A DNA stretch of 64,000 nt, taken from the IMG/VR virus record IMGVR_UViG_3300037963_004147, positions 1 through 64,000 of that record, one strand, 5' to 3'. Below the pieces are notes generated by a model that was not told the DNA's origin, made no database searches, and saw nothing but the letters and a program-made list of their open reading frames with translations. Below are positions 60,201-64,000 of the stretch, piece after piece; within the stretch, counting starts at the first letter, position 1, and the number at the start of each line of letters is the position of its first letter. This stretch comes from a virus. Both the position numbers and the translations under genes were made by a program.

Positions 60201-63069
60201 TGAAACTAGAGAAATGCTAATTAATAAGGCAGCTCAGAAAGTTTTAGAATTATCAACAGAAAAAGATCCTCAAAAGTTATTTGAGTTTATGTTAGAATTT
60301 GATAATGAAGGTTTATTTACTGGTAGATATGTTAAAGAGGTTGGAAGTAAATACTATAATATAATGAAAGAATTAAGGAAACCATTATATGATGATAATG
60401 GTCAACCTTATCAATATAGAGATGTTACTGATATAAATGAAGCTGATCCTGCAGATGTTGAATATAATATAAGATTAGCTAAAGCTAAACAAAGATATGG
60501 TGATTTTTGGAGTGCTGAAACAATAGGTCCTGATGGAACGCCAGTTCATGGAAAATATCATAAGTATACTGATGAGTTTATTGCTGCAAGAAAAAAACAT
60601 GAATACTTTGTTGCAGTAGGTAGAAATGGTATATGGAAAAGAAAGCCTGAAATATCTGATGCTGCTTGGGGTAAGTATACAGCTAAGTATAAAGTTAGTG
60701 GTCTTGAGCAAGAGAGTAGAACTTTTTCTGTTAATGATGCAGATGGAAATCCAACAGGAGCAATTAGAAAAGATGAGCTTTTTCCACAGGTTAGAAAAGA
60801 ATTTATAGAAAAAATAATTACTGAGGATCTAAAAAGTGAAAAGTATAAAGCAATTCAAGCAGATAAAAGTGCATTAGGTTTAGCACGTAAAGAGTTCTAT
60901 GATTTATTTGTAGATCTTTATGAGAATCAATTATTAACAAAATTACCTAAAGCCACACGACATCAAATGTTAGGAAAAGTACCTTTGATTAGAGGTAGAT
61001 GGGCACAAGATCTTAAAGGTAAAGGTAATGTATTTACAAAAATGTATGCTAAAACAAGTAGAGGTGTTAAAAATTTCTTTACTACAACGCAGCAACAAAA
61101 GGTTATTCAACTTGATTCTGACAATAATTTAATAGATCAGCTACCTATATTTTATACCGGAAATCCTAGAAGTGATGAGGCACTAGCTGCGATAGATGAT
61201 CAGATTCAAGCTTTAAAAGATAAAAGACAAAATGGTGATATTAAAATAGAACCTTATAAAAAAGAGCTTGCACTACTAGAAGGGCAAAGAAAAAAGATAG
61301 AAAATAAACCATCTTTAGGTGAAGTAAATAAAGATATGGGTAACGGTCTTCTTAAGTTTGCTGCAATGGCTGAACATTATGAAACCATGTCTACTGTAGA
61401 AGATACAATGCAAGCATTCTTAAGAGTGTTAAAAAAGAGATCTTATGAAAGTGCTGATAATATTAAAACAGATGTTAAAGATGCACTTGGTAAATTAACA
61501 CCAGTAGGTACAATTAAAGGTGAAGATTCAAAAACATTTCAGAGAGCTAAGAAATGGATGAATATGGTTTATTATGATAATGATCAATTAACTCAAGGCT
61601 TTATAGATAAAGCAGCATCTGGTCTTATTAAGTTTTCTTCTTTATCTTATGTAGCATTTAACCCTTTTGGTAACTTTAATAATTATGTTCTAGGCCGTGT
61701 CAATGATAATATTGAAGCAATAGGTGGTAGATTTTATTCTGCTCAAGCATATAAAAGAGCTAGTATAGAATATAATAAAAGAGCGATTCCAGATTTAATC
61801 CATAGACTTGCATCTGCAAATCCTAAAGATAAACTTCTTAATAGAGGAGATTATGATCCAAGACTACCATCAAGTAAATATGAAGCATTTGTTGAATACT
61901 ATAGAATGATGGATGAGTCAACAGATATACGTGAATCTGGATCACAAGTAGATAGAATCCAAAAATCAAGATTTGCTAAAATGATGGATTGGGGTTATAC
62001 TTTGCAGGATGCAGCTGAGTGGAATGTTCAAACTAAAGTAGGTATGGCAATGTTAATGGATACTTATATTATGAATAAGAAGACTGGTAAAATCTTGAGT
62101 TTGTATGATGCTCATACATTTGATGCAAAAGATAAAAGACCTAAGCTAATAGATGGCTTTACTACTATAGTTAAATATAATCCAAAGAATGTTGATGAAA
62201 ATGGTAAACCTAAACAAATTGAAGAAATAGGTGAGTATAATGATGAGTTTAGATATGACCTTAGAAATAAAATCCGTGAGGTTAATAAACAAATTCATGG
62301 TAACTATGCTGAAGAAGATAGAATGGTTTTACAATCTAGCACAGTTGGTAAGTTAGGAGCACAGTTTCACAAGTGGGTTATGCCTGCAGCTAGAGCTAGA
62401 TTTCAAAGAGAATACTTTGATGAGAATTTAGGTTGGATGGAAGGTAGATATCTATCTTGGTTTAAGTTCATGGCCTGGTCTACAAAAGAGATGGCAAAAG
62501 GTAATATGAAATTCAATAAGTATAAAGATGATTTCTTAGAAGATTATGGTTATATAGAAGATGGAGATGTTCAAGAAAATCAAAGAGCTATGAATAAACT
62601 ATTTGGTTTCTATAGAACTATGGGAGAAATAGGAATTATAATGCTAACGGTATTGTTAAAAGATCTTTTAATAGCTGCATTCCACGGTGATGATGATGAT
62701 AGTGACACTGTAAAAAGACTTAAAAATATTGCAATGTATCAGGCAGATAGAACTTATAAAGAATTAATATTATTTGTTCCTGTTCCTGATGGTTTACAAC
62801 AAATGATGCAAATGGTTAAGTCTCCAATAGCTTCTACAAGAACACTGGGTGAACTAGGTGAAGCATTATCTTTAACATATATGACTCCTCTATCATGGCT
62901 TACTTCTAGTGATGATGAGTTTTATGCTAATTCAGATTATGTTTATCAAAGAGGATCTAGAGCTGGTGAATTGAAAGTATTTAAAAACTGGCAAGATGCA
63001 TTACCTGCTATATACACATATAAAAAGTGGATTAACTATCTTGAAATGCAAAACTTCTTCATTAAGTAA
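57280..63069 (+). CDS. Large polyvalent virion protein with degenerate zincin and PD-(D/E)xK nuclease domains
   Basis: 1929 aa; EEILH (57949-57963); GIAGSIDLL...VVDLKTS (58972-59046) with QVNLY; C-terminal helical region with a hydrophobic segment IGIIMLTVLLKDLLIAAF. Confidence 0.75.
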   Translation: MARCINKNLQEFKNIAEVFKSPIVANIVITGWQDLNSTDQIPTIQQASEFAKNSETAYNLKRKDFAEAVYNNLSNKGIITKFKGRYFIVQSNNAVYDPGIRKFNLNRLKGYLRANNIPLNVVSTAVRGKAMEVKIHDDLFTPSDILPESRSYGTPHTRQVVAHLLKLFPQVNVEFLSVKDAKKLHDKLPESQKANVNFDNVNSFFVNGTAVLIKGRVTDTTAIEEILHPFVDGFYTSKPEIFNSLYNEAVKNFPELNAGIQSAYSDRRGFSERHRQLELVTQALSRHFNNEYENNPTKSFKDRIKDFIDWFVSIIENLSSVFNGRNIDYFRGDQALLEQEQREDRLEQEDVVAVKRINVNSISGNPTLSDIAKLLNTSDIEFDVNAAPKVDTKVRYNLSEEKSRIYDYVIKRSNGIQQELIENFFLAARETNKLVDELSVGTIERDADGNLISPIIVLDEATHTYMDLTDPSKKITSTTQAIKGQMSREKQEENDLNLKLGNDFDKILEGLVTDVTSAELFDKMEILNEEQFGKAYASMQASLAGLMKDNTVAIPQVVVYDKATGIAGSIDLLLIEPDGKVRVVDLKTSKYSKNDPFYKTILKEVNAKDPNFGILPEDSVLKQKGIADSLSIEQTHNLQVNLYGRMLENMGYTLSEKPASTYHIKVDVTGKGKNQKFQGEFKPEGEELHKMSENVPYLDAIIPYNVDVVSKERIDEARKGKEDSTYDTTLPPDQQNPLDDAPTSPEFEVITQALRDYRKGLIKRQDALSMLKGNVFLGRHKTVEQLQESIQNSINVITVAMTQGPKTRSAVYASLMRDALRQVDEFQQYVEDPINFSKPEYISYVLNFDEFIKTFEGLYSLQNSKELNRTQVRLAFKLQTRFNELVGVGDKEGVIDKAVTDYVRDTVARRSSYNFTEDQLDNIMKLGKDIGVIDYQARDLATTATLLNDGTPDTLLSIMDKIYKAKKQELLDKIETREMLINKAAQKVLELSTEKDPQKLFEFMLEFDNEGLFTGRYVKEVGSKYYNIMKELRKPLYDDNGQPYQYRDVTDINEADPADVEYNIRLAKAKQRYGDFWSAETIGPDGTPVHGKYHKYTDEFIAARKKHEYFVAVGRNGIWKRKPEISDAAWGKYTAKYKVSGLEQESRTFSVNDADGNPTGAIRKDELFPQVRKEFIEKIITEDLKSEKYKAIQADKSALGLARKEFYDLFVDLYENQLLTKLPKATRHQMLGKVPLIRGRWAQDLKGKGNVFTKMYAKTSRGVKNFFTTTQQQKVIQLDSDNNLIDQLPIFYTGNPRSDEALAAIDDQIQALKDKRQNGDIKIEPYKKELALLEGQRKKIENKPSLGEVNKDMGNGLLKFAAMAEHYETMSTVEDTMQAFLRVLKKRSYESADNIKTDVKDALGKLTPVGTIKGEDSKTFQRAKKWMNMVYYDNDQLTQGFIDKAASGLIKFSSLSYVAFNPFGNFNNYVLGRVNDNIEAIGGRFYSAQAYKRASIEYNKRAIPDLIHRLASANPKDKLLNRGDYDPRLPSSKYEAFVEYYRMMDESTDIRESGSQVDRIQKSRFAKMMDWGYTLQDAAEWNVQTKVGMAMLMDTYIMNKKTGKILSLYDAHTFDAKDKRPKLIDGFTTIVKYNPKNVDENGKPKQIEEIGEYNDEFRYDLRNKIREVNKQIHGNYAEEDRMVLQSSTVGKLGAQFHKWVMPAARARFQREYFDENLGWMEGRYLSWFKFMAWSTKEMAKGNMKFNKYKDDFLEDYGYIEDGDVQENQRAMNKLFGFYRTMGEIGIIMLTVLLKDLLIAAFHGDDDDSDTVKRLKNIAMYQADRTYKELILFVPVPDGLQQMMQMVKSPIASTRTLGELGEALSLTYMTPLSWLTSSDDEFYANSDYVYQRGSRAGELKVFKNWQDALPAIYTYKKWINYLEMQNFFIK

Positions 63070-63106
63070 AATGAAAAGGGGAGATTATCTCTCCCCTCCA
63101 TTTCAT
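63067..63106 (-). terminator. Terminator hairpin at the convergence point
   Basis: On - strand AGGGGAGA-GATAA-TCTCCCCT followed by TTTCATTTT; outer ATGAAA/TTTCAT extension. Confidence 0.7.
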
Positions 63107-63108
63107 GC

Positions 63109-63141
63109 AAAAAAATACAAAGTATCCACATACCTTGTATT
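63109..63141 (-). terminator. Rho-independent terminator downstream of the tRNA
   Basis: On - strand AATACAAGGTAT-GTGG-ATACTTTGTATT (one G-U) followed by a T run. Confidence 0.7.
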
Positions 63142-63165
63142 GTCACTTTATATGTAGCAAAGTAG

Positions 63166-63239
63166 AGGTCCATCTAGGACTTGAACCTAGAACCTACAGC
63201 TTAGAAGGCTGTTGCTCTATCCGATTGAGCTAATGAACC
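63166..63239 (-). tRNA. tRNA-Arg(UCU)
   Basis: GGTTCAT-TA-GCTC(AATCGGATA)GAGC-A-ACAGC-CT-TCT-AA-GCTGT-AGGTT-CTAGG-TTCAAGT-CCTAG-ATGGACC-T; complete cloverleaf, CCA not encoded. Confidence 0.95.
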
Positions 63240-63325
63240 AAAAAAACAGAATGAGGTTGGGGCTTTAACCCTCTAGGCTTTACACTCCCTCACCCTGCTT
63301 TCAGTCTGGTGTAACAAGCCAGACT

Positions 63326-64000
63326 TTAACCCTCACAAGATGCACATTCAAGAATGTTTCTTGAAAAGGATTGTGCTGAACTTTGACTAAATTGATAGTA
63401 CAATGTTTTAACACCTTCTTTCCAAGCATATAGATATAGTTGGTTTATATCTCTTGCGGGTATACTAGGATCAATCATTAAGTTTAAACTTTGTGCTTGA
63501 TCAATGTATTTCTGTCTTTGAGCTGCTTGAAGTACAAGTTCTTTTGGAGTGATCTCAACAAAAGACTTAAATACAGCTTTAGTAGGGAAGTCAAGATGTT
63601 GAACTGATCCATCCTTCTTTAAGATACTATCCCAGGTTTCTGGGGTATCTAAACCATACTTTTTCAACTCCTCCTTTAAGAAAGGATTCTGATATATAGT
63701 TTTACTCTTAGCCAAATCCTTTATAAAGTAATTAGACTTTATAGGTTCTATACCCATGCTTACAGCACCGTGTATAAAAGAACTAGATTTAGTTGGAGCT
63801 ATTGCTAATAGAGTTGTATTAGCATAACCTTTACGTATAGACTTATAACCGAAGTTATCATGCAACCATTCAGAGGCTGCCTCCGCTTTAGTCTTTATCA
63901 GTTTAAACATATGCTCATTAAGACTCTTAGCTTGCAAAGATTCAAATTCAATCAGCTTAGATTGGAATAACGAATGATATCCGAGTACACCTAAGCCAAT
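63326..64000 (-). CDS. nrdA: Ribonucleotide reductase class I alpha subunit, C-terminal part (start lies beyond the window)
   Basis: Frame open from 64000 (IGLGVLGYH...); LAIAPTKSSS, GIEP, QKYIDQAQSLN, GVKTLYY and terminal CASCEG. Confidence 0.95.
   Translation of the reverse strand: MGLGVLGYHSLFQSKLIEFESLQAKSLNEHMFKLIKTKAEAASEWLHDNFGYKSIRKGYANTTLLAIAPTKSSSFIHGAVSMGIEPIKSNYFIKDLAKSKTIYQNPFLKEELKKYGLDTPETWDSILKKDGSVQHLDFPTKAVFKSFVEITPKELVLQAAQRQKYIDQAQSLNLMIDPSIPARDINQLYLYAWKEGVKTLYYQFSQSSAQSFSRNILECASCEG

Noticed and set aside
1394-60808. Short minus-strand and alternative-frame ORFs in the track (e.g. 4679-4978, 11483-11743, 17966-18253, 20842-21084, 32610-32966, 48745-49023)
   Set aside because: They lie within or largely overlap long, well-supported + strand genes and have shadow-ORF composition with no motifs.
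1-63069. Stop-codon reassignment (TAG or TGA), known in some crAss-like phages
   Set aside because: Very long ORFs are uninterrupted in the standard code. The two TAG-ending genes (13595, 32352) would gain only a few residues on read-through, and no suppressor tRNA is present in the window.
63246-63325. Hammerhead ribozyme or c-di-GMP riboswitch
   Set aside because: GAAA and AAAGCC are present, but the CUGANGA core and the c-di-GMP-I consensus arrangement are not.
1-64000. CRISPR array, introns, inteins, IS elements or DGR
   Set aside because: No regularly spaced repeats, split genes, intein splice/LAGLIDADG motifs, transposase or reverse transcriptase were recognised by eye; a divergent intein in the giant ORFs cannot be fully excluded.

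Overview
Late (virion) gene region of an AT-rich crAss-like phage (Crassvirales-type, probably infecting an aquatic Bacteroidota/Flavobacteriia host; leaders lack Shine-Dalgarno sequences). The + strand carries, in crAss-like order: terminase large subunit (5'-truncated), portal, putative scaffold, major capsid protein, conserved head/ring/auxiliary-capsid genes, Cys-rich fibre-like genes, a metallophosphoesterase, an IHF/HU-like gene, ring proteins, four small basic genes, the muzzle/tail-stabilisation protein, three modular ~1000-aa cargo-like proteins, and three very large ejection-type proteins. The ejection-type set includes a 5082-aa virion RNA polymerase (DFDID motif, fused zincin) and a 1929-aa protein with a PD-(D/E)xK nuclease domain. 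The - strand at the right end carries the 3' part of a ribonucleotide reductase alpha gene, a tRNA-Arg(UCU) and terminators. Most notable observations: (1) a candidate small RNA at ~17858-17934 whose hairpin loop is antisense to a TTAAAACCAA motif found just upstream of three late-gene start codons; (2) a recurring (K/Q/A)-x-G-G / AQxG linker dividing the cargo and small basic proteins into cassettes, two of which are papain-fold enzymes, one a permuted PPPDE-like peptidase of a class known to cut after Gly-Gly; (3) a multi-stem structured leader at ~9037-9127; (4) a repeated candidate late promoter TTTGTAwATTAT. All family assignments come from motif recognition and gene order; no database search was run.
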